Below are positions 11,045 through 23,649 of a stretch of DNA of 64,000 bases, one piece after another. Made by a program: the position numbers and the translations under genes. The notes under the pieces are model-generated. The model saw nothing but the letters and a program-made list of their open reading frames with translations, did no database searches and was not told the origin of the DNA. Every line of letters starts with the position of its first letter. Position 1 is the first letter of the stretch. This stretch comes from Heteronotia binoei (Eukaryota): NCBI RefSeq assembly GCF_032191835.1, contig NC_083240.1, forward strand, positions 21,700,001-21,764,000, given 5' to 3'.

Positions 11045-14000
11045 ATGATGGATTACAAATTATTATCTTGGAATGTAAATGGACTAAATTCACCACAAAA
11101 AAGAAAGGCAACATTTCATTGGATTAAAAAGCAAAATTGTAATATAGTTTGTTTACAAGAAGTACATATCAAACAAAAGGATTGCAAATTTTTATGGAAT
11201 AAACAATTGGGACTAGAATTTCATTCATTGGCTGAACAGAAGAAAAGGGGAGTGATTTTTTATATTAAACAAGAATTGGACCCGAAATTAGTGTTTAAAG
11301 ATAAAGATGGAAGATTTGTAGCAGTAGAAATATTAAATGCAAAAAAAACATTGTTACTGGGACTATATGCACCAAATGGAGAAAAGGATGCTTTTTTAAA
11401 AGACATTATACAACAATTTGATGAAGTGACATATGGTCAAGTTTTGATAATGGGGGACTTTAATGGAACAATTAAGAACACACTGGATAGATCTGGGGGG
11501 GGGAGGGAATAATAAGGAAGGAAAATTGCCAAAGTGTTTTTTTGAATTGGTCAAACAAGAAAATTTGGAGGATATATGGAGGAAATTTAATCCTGAAGTG
11601 CAGGACTACACCTTTTATTCAGCAAGACATAAAACTTTTTCCAGAATTGACATGTTGTGGTGCACTAAAGACTTAGGCCTTATAACAAAGAAAATAGAGA
11701 TTTTACCTAAAATAGGGGCTGATCATAACCCAATAATGTGGATTACAAAATTGTCTAAAAAGTTGAGAAGATGGAGATTGAATGAAGATTTACTACAGAA
11801 TAAAGAAATGACATCTCTAGAAAATGAAACTAAAGCTTTCTTCCAAATAAATGATAAAGATATAGAATTTCAGACGGTGTGGGATGCTTATAAAGCAGTA
11901 ATGAGAGGAATATTGATTATATTGAATAATAAAGACAAGAGGGCAAAAGAAAAACATGCTGGACATTCAAAATGAAATAAAGAAAAAAGAAGGGGAACTT
12001 AGAAAAAGGCCAGGGAAAAAGAAAATTATGAGGGAGATTATAATATTACAAAACACAAATGAGACATTTGTTAAATAAAGAACTGGAATGGAATCTGAAA
12101 AGACTGCAGCAGAAATCTTTCGAGGGAGCAATTAAACCTGGAAAATATTTGGCCTGGCAATTGAAGAAAAAGAGAGAAAGTAAAATTATTAATAAAATTG
12201 TGGTGGAGGGAAGAGAGGTGGTAGATCAAGAAGGAATAAAAAGAGAATTCTTTAAGTATTATGCCAAATTATTTAAGGGTGTTAAAATAAAAAAAAGAAA
12301 AGATGGAAGAGTATTTACAAAAGATTAAAATAGCACCCTTAACAGAAAATATGGGGAAAGTCTTGAATGATCCAATTGAAAAAACAGAAATTGAAGCAGC
12401 AATTAATGCAATGGAAAATGGAAAAGCACCTGGGCCAGATGGATATACAGCTAAATTTTTTAAAATCTTCAAAGAGGAGTTAATTCCAAAACTTCAGAAA
12501 TTGATGAACATGATAAGAATAAAAGGGGAAATACCAAATACCTGGAAGGAAGCTGTTATTTCGTTGATTCCAAAGGAAAATAGAGATGTCACGAATGTAA
12601 AAAATTATAGACCAATCTCACTATTAAATAATGACTATAAAATATATACAAGAATCTTGGCAAAACGGCTTAAACAATATTTGATAAATTTTGTAAAGGA
12701 AGATCAAGCGGGGTTTCTCCCCAAAAGGCAAATAAGAGACAATATTAGAACTGTTGTAAATATTGTAGAATATTATGAAAGACATTCAGAAAAGGAAGTA
12801 GCATTATTCTTTGCGGATGCAGAGAAAGCATTTGATAATTTAAATTGGGACTTTATGTTTGCAGTAATGGAGAAAATGGAGTTGGGGGAAAACTATAAGG
12901 ATGATAAAAGCAATATATACTGAACAACGTGCAAGGTTATGTATAAATGCAGATCTTACAGAAGACATGATAATTAGCAAAGGTACAAGACAAGGCTGTC
13001 CGCTTTCCCTACTGTTGTTTATAATGACTCTTGAAATCTTACTGATGCAAATCCAAGAAGATAAAGCAATAGAAGGATTAAAAGTAAAAGGATTTACTTA
13101 CAAATAAGTTTGTAATGATATATCATTTGCAGATGATATAATGTTTATAAATGAAAATCCTATACAAGTCACACCTTTGTTGTTAGCTAAAATACAAGAA
13201 TATGGGGAATTGGCGGGACTGTGTATTAATAAAGAAAAATCAAAACTTCTATGTAAAAATATGCAAGTAAGCAAACAAAAGGAACTGCAGAAGATAACGG
13301 GATGTGAAGTTACCTCTAAGGTAAAATATTTGGGTGTGGAGATAACAATGAATATTGACTTGTTTAAAAACAATTATGAGAAGCTATGGCATAAAATGGA
13401 TGAAGATATGATAAAATGGAATAAACTTAATTTGTCATTGCTTGGCAGAATAGCTGCAATTAAGATGAATATTTTGCCAAGAATAATGTATTTGTTTCAA
13501 ACTATTTCGAATCTGAAAGACAGTAAACAATTTAATAAATGGCAAAGGAAAATTTCAGAGTTTGTGTGGACTGGGAAGAAACCAAGGATCAAAATGAAAA
13601 TCTTAACAGATGCAAAAGAGAAAGGAGAATTCCAATTACCAGATTTAAAATTATATAATGAAGCAGTTTGTCTAGTGTGGATAAAAGAATGGGTGACGCT
13701 GTTAAACAAAAAACTTTTAGCGTTGGAAGGTCATGGAAATAAATTTGGCTAGCACGCTTATATGTACTATGGGAAAAAAAGATGGATGTTTTTTCTCTCA
13801 CCATTATATATGAAATAATTTGCTAAATGCTTGGATGAAATGTAAGAAGTATGGGGATGAGAGAAAACCGTTATGGATAGTGCCAGCAGAAGTAATAAAA
13901 ATAACAGCTGAGACGGGTGAAGAAAAGTGGTTGTCATACAATCAACTATTAAAAATGCAAAGTGGCAAAATAGAATTGAAAACTGCTGAAGAGTTGAATA

Positions 14001-14803
14001 ATAAATATGATTGGTTCCAAATGCAACAAATAAAGAGCTTGGTGGAAAATGATATTAAAACTGAAGGAATAAGAAGAGAGCAAACAGAAATGGAAAAAGT
14101 TCTGCTTGGAGACAATGAAAAATTAATTTCAAAATAATATAAATTACTACTTTTTAAATGGCCTACAGAAGATGAAGTAGTGAAATCTCAAATGATTAAG
14201 TGGGCAATTAATGTAAATAAAGAAATACAGATGAAAACTTGGGAATATTTGTGGAAGAATTCTATAAAGCTTTCGACGTGTCATAGTATTAAAGAGAACT
14301 GTTTTAAAATGATGTACAGATGGTATATGACTCCTAAAAAGTTGGCAAAGATGAACAATAAGATGCCAGATAGATGTTGGAAATGTAAAAAACATGAAGA
14401 TTCTTTCTATCATATGTGGTGGACTTGTGAAAGAGCAAAAAAGTATTGGCGGATGATTCAACAAGAAATTTCTAGGATCTTGGGATACGAATTTAAGAAA
14501 GTTGCATAGACTTTTCTGTTGGGATTACAAATGGAAAAATTTTCAAAAGAAGATAGAACTATAATCTGGTACTTGCTTTCAGCTGCTAGGACACTGTATG
14601 CGCAGTTGTGGAAGCAAGAAAAAATACCAGAAAAATGGGATTGGATTGTAAAAGTTATGACATGGAGTGAAATGGACAAATTAACAAGAATTTTAAGAGA
14701 CTATGACTTAGAAGTTTTTAAGATGGAGTGGAAAAAGTTTAGAAGATATGTAGAAAAAGAGTGGAAAATAAAAGGACATTGGACAATTTTTGATAATGAT
14801 TAA
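11045..14803 (+). pseudogene. L1 ORF2 (APE endonuclease, RT, CCHC), broken into about 9 pieces
   Basis: SWNVNGLNS, CLQEVH, GDFN, SRID, APGPDG, YRPISLLN, QGCPLS, FADD, KYLGV and RCWKC...HMWWTC motifs. Confidence 0.92.
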
Positions 14804-15159
14804 GTCTTAGAAGGAAGAAGAATATTAATCTTTGTTTTTATTAGTTAAGGGTACCTTTAAATGTTAGTATTTCAAGTAACACCGGCGGGGGTCAAGTAAT
14901 GGGGGGAGGGGTGGTTAGAAAGTAAAATATGGGATAGATAAAAAGAAGTTATTAATGATGCAAGAAATATTGTTACTATATGTTACTAAATAAAATTGTT
15001 TTAAACAATATAAGTTGGGGGAACTGACAGAGAGGTCAGTTCTGACAACACGTGTATATGCCCATGAAGCTGGAATAAAGATCTTGAACTTCAACTGTCT
15101 TTTCCTTGACTCTGGGTCTGACAATTTCTTCTGTTACTAAACCTTACTTTAGCTCCAAC

Positions 15160-15347
15160 CAGGGCTTTTTGGGTAGAAAAAGCCCAGCCGGAACTCATTT
15201 GCATATTAGGTCACACCCCCTGATGTCACCATTGTTTTGCACAGGGCTTTTTGTAGAAAAAGTCCAGCAGGAATTCATTTGCATATTAGGCCACACCCCC
15301 TGACACCACGCCAGCTGGTACTGTGTGCCTGCTCAAAAAAAGCCCTG
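15160..15347. mobile_element. hAT MITE (CAGGGCTTTT family)
   Basis: TIRs plus perfect 8-bp TSD gctccaac. Confidence 0.88.
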
Positions 15348-16357
15348 GCTCCAACTATTGTAAAGAACAGAATTATGAAGATGCGTTCATCAGCAATTTC
15401 AACAAATCAGCCTTTTTGTTGGCTATGCTGTAAAGTGATACGGACCTGCGAGAGTGTGCTAGGAGAAAAACAGGGCCCTGCCTTGGCCCACCCTACAAAG
15501 AAAAGAGAGAGAAAGAACCTGTCCAGTCTTCCGTGTGGAGCTGGGTGAATCTTCCTCTATGCTGCACAGAGCAAAGTGGGGCTCGCAGCTCCTTCCCTAC
15601 TCCAGGCAGGACAAAGGCTGATGGCTGGCAAGCCATGCCCACCTGTAGGGGAGAAGCTCCCCCTTGCTTGCAGCCAGAGCAACCTCTGCGGGAGGGCAGC
15701 CCCACCAGTATAGCCTCAGTGAGGTGATCTCTCGGACCATCCACCCACCAGGACTTTTTCCAGTGGCCAATCCACCCCAGGGGACTTGGGCAGTTCACAA
15801 CAGTATTCAAGGTATCAACTCTGGCATGCAAACTGTCCTGTCTGCCTGCTCTTGTGAGCCCGGGCATTAGCATTTGGAGGCCTCAAGTCAAGGCCAACCT
15901 TCTAAGGAGAGCAGAAACAAAAGGGATATGTGAAAGGGCTTGCTGGCAGGCCACCGTGTGGATGGGGTGAGTGAAGATCCAGACATTCACTCCTTAAAGA
16001 AGCCTGCTTTTAAAACTAGTTGCTGACAAGGGCTCTATGCCAATCAAGCCCAGGGAAAACTATGCAGGGGTTCCAGAGTGGAAGATATACAGCCTATAAA
16101 AATGATTCTTTAGATTAGCCAACAGGTCACACGGCACTTGCCAAAACAGTTTGCAGTGTGCTCCAGACAGAAATGCTGGCGGAGAGTTCAAGACTCCCAG
16201 TGCTTTGAGGAGATGGAGTCAGTGGGCAGCAGAGATGTAAGCAAAGACAAACAGAGTAGCCCAGGAGAGGACTTAAAACTTGCTTCTACTTAATACAAAG
16301 TTATTTCCTTCACCCTTCCTTTGTGTCCTCCAATCCCCACCTCCATTTGTGACTTAC

Positions 16358-16649
16358 CCATTGCCAGCAACTCCTGCCCTGGGGAACTCTGGCTGAATAC
16401 ACAGCAGTTTGTGCCCAGAATGTGGGGGGTGGAGGTCTCCTTGGGCCCTGCACAGCTCCATGTCCTCTGTCCCATTCACCAGGGTCTTGCATTTGAGGGG
16501 CCCTTTGCCTTTCGTATGCAAGCCTGCGGAGCTACAGGTATACTCTGGGGAAAGCTGAGGCATGTCTTTGAAGTTTTCTGCACTGATCTGAATGACGTGA
16601 GTAGGTGAAAACAGCCGGATGATGTCGATCAGAAGCAGCAGTCCAGCAC
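16358..16649 (-). CDS. NOL9: NOL9 exon 8 (GAGLLLLIDIIRLFSPTHVIQ...)
   Basis: 292 bp, phase 1 to phase 2; orthologous peptide; donor GG|gtaagt. Confidence 0.93.
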
Positions 16650-16655
16650 CTTTGA

Positions 16656-16944
16656 AGAAGACGATGACACTGGAATTATATTCCGCCCTCCACTCAAGAG
16701 TCTCAGAGTGGCTCACAATCTCCTTTATCTTCCTCCCCCACAACAGACACCCTGTGAGGTGGGCAAGGCTGAGAGGACTCTCACAGCAGCTGCCTTTTCA
16801 AGGACAACCTCTGCTAAAGCTATGGCTAACCGAAGGCCATTCCAGCAGGTGCAAGTGGAGGAGTGGGGAATCAAACCCGGTTCTCCCATGTAAGAGTCTA
16901 CACACTTAACCACTACACCAAACTGGCTCACTACATCAAGCTGG
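16656..16944 (-). mobile_element. Squam3-like SINE, full length, inserted at the NOL9 exon 8 acceptor
   Basis: tRNA-like head GCCAGTTTGGTGTAGTGG (duplicated), CORE-like body, CTT tail; 6-bp TSD tcaaag. Confidence 0.85.
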
Positions 16945-18508
16945 CTTTGACCACGGGGGAAGAAATAAGGACAGGTGTTGGGCTACTCTGGCTGACAAGG
17001 ATGGAATCCGGTATCTCATACAGAAGTGGGCAACCTGAGAATGTCTGCATTCCCCCACAAAACAAGGACAGTTCTCACCTCTGCAGATGCAGGAAATAGT
17101 TTGTAAACAAACAAGCAATGTTATTTTGAAAAACCTATTCTGATTTCACTAGTTGTGGGGAAAGGATGCACATACATAACTGTACAGAGCACCAAAGCTC
17201 CAACCACAGAAACCTTATCTTCCCACTGCTATGAGTTCGAAGTTTCTAACATGCCGAAGTGCAGATATAGACTAGAAGCATTCCCTTTAAAGATTAAAGT
17301 TAAAATTCTCAAGAAACTGGATTATGTATCGTTTCTGCACTTCTGCAGAACTGCAGCCCGGGGTGAGAGTGCTCCATATGTATCTCCTTCTACCAAAATC
17401 ACCATCTTGAATTTTCCACCTGCAATTCCTATCTAAAAAGGTCAGTGCTGGTTCTCCAGGCCAATGTGCAAGACAGGATGATGGACTAGAAGGACCACTG
17501 GTCTAATGCAGCAAGGCACCTATTATATTCTGTGAAAATAGGAAACTTGGAACCAAAGTATGCAAATACAACGAATGGACTAAGACTTTTCCTCATTGCT
17601 TTCAATGTATCTTTCTTTATCTTCTCATCCAGATGTTTCCAAAATAAGAAGCAAAGGAAAGGAATGGTTTAGCTTCGACATGAGAATTTCAACTTTCATT
17701 TTCTTTTTCAAGACATGATTTTTCTAGCCTTCTGGGTTGCAAAGACAGGTTCCGGCCTATGTCTTCAAATCTAGTGAAATCTTCCAAAGGGAGGGTGAAG
17801 AAGCACAGGGCCCTACATTGCTCAAATATATAAGAACCAAACTATGCTACATAGGATTGCCAGGTGTCCCCCCACCCCCACCACTGGCAGGGGATGGGGT
17901 GGCCGGAAGGGGGGGTAGGGTTGCCAGTTACAGATTAACTGTACTTATCTGTGCAAATTAACTGTACTTATCTAAATAAATGTATTGCAAAGGTGTTTGA
18001 GTAATTTTAATTAATGAAGTGCTATAATATAATTGTGCTTTTGTCCATTATTTTTCAACTTATGCACAATCAAATATCACAATAATATACAGGATGCCCT
18101 CTTACAGCAACTTTGCAAGCTCCAGGAGGTGATCTTCAGTGAAGCTGGATTTATATGGATTTTATATTTTGTATTTATGCCATCCATATGGACATGAATA
18201 TGATTATGTAAACAGTAAAGGACTCCGCATCTATATATTTTTTCGAGTTGAGTTTGGCTTTGGAATTGCATGATTACCTATTATTGTGATATTTGATATG
18301 CTCATAATTTGAAAATAACTGGCCAAAAACACAAGATTATATTATAGCACTTTATTCAAACGTCTTCATAATATATTTATTTGGATAACAGTTAATTTGT
18401 CCATGGCATTTTTTGCATTAGTTTACAGGTGAGCTATAGGGCAAAACTCCCCTTCTGAAGAAAAGTGTTCGCCCACTCCCAGTACATTTCCTGGACCAAC
18501 AAGCTTAC

Positions 18509-18670
18509 CTTTCACCCATCCCATGGTGTTGATGACCAAAGGCACATCTCTCTCATAGGCACTGAACACATACTTCAATGTGTCAAGATATCTTTCAGTC
18601 TCCTGTTCGCAACTAGTGTCACCAAAGTATGCCATTTTGTGGGGTGTACGCGGGTGAGTGAATGGTGGAC
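18509..18670 (-). CDS. NOL9: NOL9 exon 7 (GPPFTHPRTP...PLVINTMGWVK)
   Basis: 162 bp; conserved NTMGW motif of Clp1-family kinases. Confidence 0.96.
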
Positions 18671-18954
18671 CTAGAATGAAATAGACCAGATGGAACTGCA
18701 AGTACTCGAAAGCCACATTAAAATTAAAATACAGAGAAAAACACAGAAGAGTATTTCACCATTCCCAGCCCTTAAAATGCAACCAGCAACTGGCTTTCCT
18801 CCACTGCACCAGCAAAGCAATTGCTTCCCCCCAGTGTTTGTTTCATCTCTTTCAGAAAGGATGACGTTACAAACAGCAGCTTCGCTCGTTGCTGAGAACA
18901 GAACAAGGGGCTACGCATTTGACACACTTCTGCAAACCACTTCAAAGCACATAC

Positions 18955-19052
18955 CCAGAAATGGTTCCGTCACATTAATTAGCGAAATACAGCCAGGGGG
19001 CGTGAACTCAGACTGTCCCAGATCACATTCCAAAAATTCAATGCATGGAAGG
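18955..19052 (-). CDS. NOL9: NOL9 exon 6 (LPCIEFLECDLGQSEFTPPGCISL; Walker B region)
   Basis: 98 bp; CDLGQxEF motif. Confidence 0.96.
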
Positions 19053-19712
19053 CTATGTTTAAAAAAACAAAAAGAAAGAGGACAAATTTTAAGAGGATCC
19101 CTCAGTCTACAAAGGAAAGAAAATACAATTTGAACAGGCTAAAAGATCAGCTGCCTTTCTTGATCAGAATCTCTTGACTACCAGAAGCAGGATGGTTTGG
19201 CTGCAAAAAATTTTCTTAAAAAAAAAGGTTGTTCCTCAGCCTAAGTTCTGCTCCCTGCTTTCCAGTCTCTGAACAAGCACTACATGCACAGAGCTCTTAC
19301 TGACAAAACACATGAAATACTGATAGACAACAAAAGCAGGCCTGTTCCATAAGAAAAGAGACTGGAGTTGAGAAAAGGGAGTGCACGTTGCACCCCCTTT
19401 TGCTGAGGCAAAATTTCATCTTTGTGCACTAAATTCTTGCCCTCACTCACTAGGCTTTGCCTCTTGATAATATGAAAAAAAACCTGCCATCTTTTTCAGA
19501 TCAAAGTACTAGAAGGCACTGGTTTGTCTTGTGACTGAATTATAGAAACCAAAGCTTTCTGAATATAAATGCATTTAAGAAGCAAAAACAGTACTATGAA
19601 GTATTATAGTTGCAAGAGGTTGCAAAAGAACAACAGCTCAACAGATAAAGGCCAGAAATTTGAAAGCCCATGCTGGAGAGGAAATTGTAAAAGAGAGAAC
19701 TGCAAGATCAAA

Positions 19713-19884
19713 GCCAATTCCACAATAGACATTTAATCCTGGTCCAGGCCTGTCCCCAGACTGATTTTCTACACTAGAATCATAAACTCATAGAGTTGGT
19801 TTTCATGATCCCATTATTCAAGTGCAGAATTTCAGTTTGGAGACAAGGCTGGACCAGGATTAAAAGTTTAGTGTGGAATTGGCC
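19713..19884. mobile_element. Hairpin MITE
   Basis: About 50-bp imperfect inverted arms (GCCAATTCCAC...TTAATCCTGGTCCAG / CTGGACCAGGATTAA...GTGGAATTGGC). Confidence 0.6.
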
Positions 19885-20002
19885 CTATAGTCTCATAGAA
19901 ACAGGAAAAGAGCACGAAGGATCAGCTGCACCATTTAACCGGAATGTGCCTGACCTGTGTCCATAAAGAAAACAGCACAAGAAGGCCAAGAGTGACAAGG
20001 AG

Positions 20003-20204
20003 CAGTGTTCCCTCTAAGCTGAGTTCATGCGAGCCAGCTCACAATTTTTTAGCCTGTCTCACACATTTCTGTCCCAGCCTACCCTGCTCAGGAAGGATGG
20101 GCCCCTGAGCACACTAATTTATGCAGTAGTTCACAACTTTAATACCACTAGCTCACAAAGTAGAAATTTTGCTCACAAGATTCAACAGCTTAGAGGGAGA
20201 ATTG
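20003..20204. mobile_element. hAT MITE (CAGTGTTCCCTCTAAG family)
   Basis: Same TIR and body as copies at 30647, 31953, 57409 and 62100. Confidence 0.8.
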
Positions 20205-21009
20205 CAAGGAAGAGAGGTTTCTGCATACCTGGAAGAAGCCTAAGGTACACAGGAAAAATTATTTTCTCTCCAGTGCCCCACCTTTCGGCGGGGAGGGGGG
20301 AGTTATGCATGCACACTGTCTTTATACTGCCACAAAAAAAACTGGTAGCATGAGGGAGGGAGAGCAACCACATCTCCAATCTCTGCCTTACAAGCCGCCC
20401 TGAGCCTGCCTTGGTGGGGAGGGCGGGGTATAAATAAAAACGTATTATTAATATTATTATTATTACTACAACTGTTACACCAAATGGAATCTGGAGACTT
20501 ACAAGCTCTTTCCCTTCAGCTATCTAGGGGAGGGGAAGGGAACTGAAGCTCCCCAGCATTTCTGCCCAAAGAAACTGCAAAGAAATCTTTCACATTCCTC
20601 AGACAGGCTGGCAGAGGGAAAGAGCAAGACACCCTTCCCCTGTCAAAACTTCCCAGAATGGCTAGAGAAATTAAGATCAAACCACATCAGACCTTACTTA
20701 AATACCTTCAAAACATACATTTAAGCAGCAGAAGGAGTGTAATCGCGAAAAGAAATATAGGATGTGGAAATCAAGGTGAGGGAATACGTACATGACAGCA
20801 TCCAATGCCTGACTACTTTGACCTATAAGACTTCAAAAAAGGAAGCAACTGCCATTTCTTTCATTTCAACTGCAAACAATAGAGGAACTCAGGAAGAGGG
20901 AACAGAAGGGGGCAGGTCCGGCCCTGTGATTCGTCACAAGTCACTCACTGATCTCATTACTTTCTAGAACCAGCTTGTGAACTTTACAGCAAGCAGGACA
21001 GTCACTCAC

Positions 21010-21106
21010 CGGTTCAGCAGAAGATTAATCAGGTGTCTGTTAAAAGTGGACTTGCCAACACTTTTGGGGCCACAAGCGAGGATGATAGGGCAGCCTTCAT
21101 CTTCCT
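21010..21106 (-). CDS. NOL9: NOL9 exon 5 (Walker A GPKSVGKST)
   Basis: 97 bp; EGCPIILACGPKSVGKSTFNRHLINLLLN. Confidence 0.96.
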
Positions 21107-21321
21107 CTGAAGGCCAAAAAGAAATATTCCAAATTGCATTAATTTAGCAGTTCCTCTACACTTACAACTCACCCTTATCACTTGAAGCGTTTATACACAT
21201 ACGTACAAATAGAACAGTAATTTACATGGAAACGATACAAAGGTTAATGCATGTGTGCATAAAGTGCTGTTGAAGATACAACAGACTTATGGCAAAGTCT
21301 TAAGGAGTTTTCAAGGCAAAC

Positions 21322-21438
21322 GCTGGACAAAGGCTATCTGTCACCTCCTGTCTCTACACAGCAACCCTGAACTAGGTCTCCCATCCAAGTACAAACCAAG
21401 GCTGAGATCACACTAGCCTGAGCCATCCAGGTCAGGAC
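21322..21438 (-). mobile_element. 5S rRNA-derived SINE fragment
   Basis: Reverse complement of a 5S-like segment followed by the family body. Confidence 0.6.
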
Positions 21439-21463
21439 ACAAATGTAAATATTGCTAATTATC

Positions 21464-21871
21464 TTGGTGTAGTGGTTAAGTGTGCAGACTCTTATCTGGG
21501 AGAACCGGGTTTGTTTCCCCACTTCTCCACTTGCAGCTGTTGGAATGGCCTTGGGTCAGCCATAGCTCTCGCAGAGTTGTCCTTGAAAGGGCAGCTGCTG
21601 TGAGACCTCTCTCAGCCCCACCCACCTCACAGGGTGTCTGTTGCCAGGGGCGGGAGAGGTAAAGGAGATTGTGACCTCTGAGACTCTGAGATTCAGAGTA
21701 TAGGGCAGGATATAAATCTTGCAGAGTTGTCCTTAAAAGGGCAGCTGCTGTGAGACCTCTCTCTGTCCCACCCATCTCACAGGGTGTCTGTCGTGGGGAA
21801 GAAGGTAAAGGAGATTGTGACCTCTCTGAGATTTAGAGTATAGGGCAGGATATAAATCCAATATCTTCTTC
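21464..21871 (+). mobile_element. Squam3-like SINE with a tandem duplication of its 3' ~140 bp
   Basis: Segment GCAGAGTTGTCCTT...GGATATAAATC occurs twice head-to-tail. Confidence 0.85.
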
Positions 21872-22040
21872 AATAGAAGGACAGAGTCAGGCACTCCCAT
21901 TAGACTTAGCATCAGAAAATACAAAGTCGATCCAAGCCCTTGATGTGGCATCGCTTCCACTGACAGGCAGAATTTTATACTGTACTTTAAGTCAGATCCT
22001 GCTGCATTTCAGCTACAGCTAAATGTTTTAAGCTACTCAC

Positions 22041-22179
22041 CCTGACATGCTTGGACCAACTCTTCAATGGCCGAAAGCGAGCTCTCCGACAAGAGCAGGC
22101 CATCCCCCGGATCCTGCCTCCAAATGCTGGTAGAAGCGAGGATTGCATCTTCTGGGGTGGAACGGAGAACCTTTTTTTT
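22041..22179 (-). CDS. NOL9: NOL9 exon 4 (KKKVLRSTPE...LSESSLSAIEELVQACQ)
   Basis: 139 bp; phase 0 to phase 1; an alternative in-frame acceptor would start the exon at 22170. Confidence 0.9.
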
Positions 22180-22367
22180 CTGGGGATGAAGAAGCATTCC
22201 TCTGAGGAAAGTTTCAGCAAAAACAAAACAAAGAAAGAGTAAAAGAGAATACTCGTGGCTACTTTGAGGCTTTTAGCTGCTTTGGGCTTCCCTCAGGAGA
22301 GCAAGGTGCGGTGCATATTGAGAAAGGACTATGCAGAGCTTCACATTTAGGAGGCCAGAGTGCTCAA

Positions 22368-22627
22368 CTTCAAGAGGGGATTGGAACAAATATAATGAAG
22401 CAGAGGTCCATCTATGGCTATTAGCCACAAGGTATAGATGGAACACTATGTCTGGGGAATTGATGCTCTGTGTTCTTGGTGCTTGGAGGGCAACAGTAGG
22501 AAGGCTTCTGGACTCTGGCCCTGCTGGGGGACCTCTTGTTGGCACCTGGGTTTTGGCCACTGTGTGACACAGTGTTGAACTGGATGGGCCACTGACCTGA
22601 TCCAACATGGCTTCTCTTATGTTCTTA
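22368..22627 (+). mobile_element. CR1 LINE 3' fragment
   Basis: Same 3'UTR and TTCTTATG tail as the 24078-24964 copy. Confidence 0.8.
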
Positions 22628-22852
22628 GATGTGCAGAAATTTCAAATAAAACCCTCTGCCCAACTCCTAACCGATCAATCTTTTATTTGTTATGACCGCA
22701 GATCAGCCAAGATTGACAACAGCACATCTCCTATACAAAGGAGAACACAATAAAAGATAGTTGATTGTTTCACTTGTGTTCAGTAGGCAGGGGCTGTGCA
22801 ACTACTGATCTCAACTCTCAGAAGAAGGGAACACAAATCACAGCATTGTCCA

Positions 22853-22943
22853 AAGAAGAAGACGACTGCAGATTTATACCCCATCCTTCTCTCTGAATCA
22901 GAGAGCAGCTTATAATCGCCTATACCTTCTCCCCCCACAACAG
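22853..22943 (-). mobile_element. Squam3-like SINE 3' fragment
   Basis: Tail plus 3' body only. Confidence 0.65.
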
Positions 22944-23513
22944 GCAAGGCAAGGGCCACAACAGGCAAGGGAGATCAGATGGAGGAGACAGTCCCACGAG
23001 AACGCTGACCCTAAACCACTTGGGAGTTTTACAGGTTAGCACTACTGCCTTGGGTTAGATGTGGAAGCAAACTAGCAAGCAGTGCATGTCAGCTTTGCAC
23101 AGCATGTGCTTGTGTTAAATAAGGCTAATTGCCAAATGGCAGATATAAACAAACAGCAGCAGGAATATGAAGTTCTGGCATAAAGTTAAGACAACATAAA
23201 GAAGGCCAATAAATCCAGGGAAGGCAGCACCAGTCGAACCCAACAGGTAGTTTGACAGCTTTCAAGTAGTAACGAAGCCTCAACTAAAATCAAGAAGATT
23301 TTCAACCATCATAAGAAACACCAGGGCATAAAAGGGCTTGATTTTGCTGAAATACACAGAACTCATATTCTGAAGGGAAATACGTTAAACAGAAATAATA
23401 CTTTGTCCAGACCGTTGTTGCTTTGCCTCAATATAACCAAGGCTGCCTGCAATCGGTTTTCACCTTCCAGTAATTGCCATAGCGTAAACAACCAGGGAGA
23501 AGATGGAACTCAC

Positions 23514-23641
23514 CTTTGCTGTGAAAACACGAGAAAACTCTGAGTGTCTGACAATGAACCTTGTCACTGGAGTGTCCAGGTGTTCCAGGAGAACCATGGA
23601 ACACTGTGGAACAAAGCTTTTCATCAGCTTGATTCTTGCAG
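23514..23641 (-). CDS. NOL9: NOL9 exon 3 (AARIKLMKSFVPQCSMVLLEHL...FTAK)
   Basis: 128 bp; phase 1 to phase 0; orthologous CSxVLLEHL motif. Confidence 0.93.
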
Positions 23642-23649
23642 CTGGAAAG

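Larger units (their letters stand above)
9226..15008 (+). mobile_element. Full-length L1 LINE (~5.8 kb) in NOL9 intron 8, antisense to host
   Basis: Identical 20-bp flanks TATAAGTTGGGGGAACTGAC at 9206-9225 and 15009-15028; 5'UTR, ORF1, ORF2 and G-rich 3'UTR all present. Confidence 0.92.

Noticed and set aside
15360-16300. Possible continuation of the 8678-9046 ORF across the L1 insertion
   Set aside because: No coherent reading frame found on either strand.
18690-19133. 147-aa plus-strand ORF
   Set aside because: Antisense shadow of NOL9 exon 6 and flanks; no recognisable homology.
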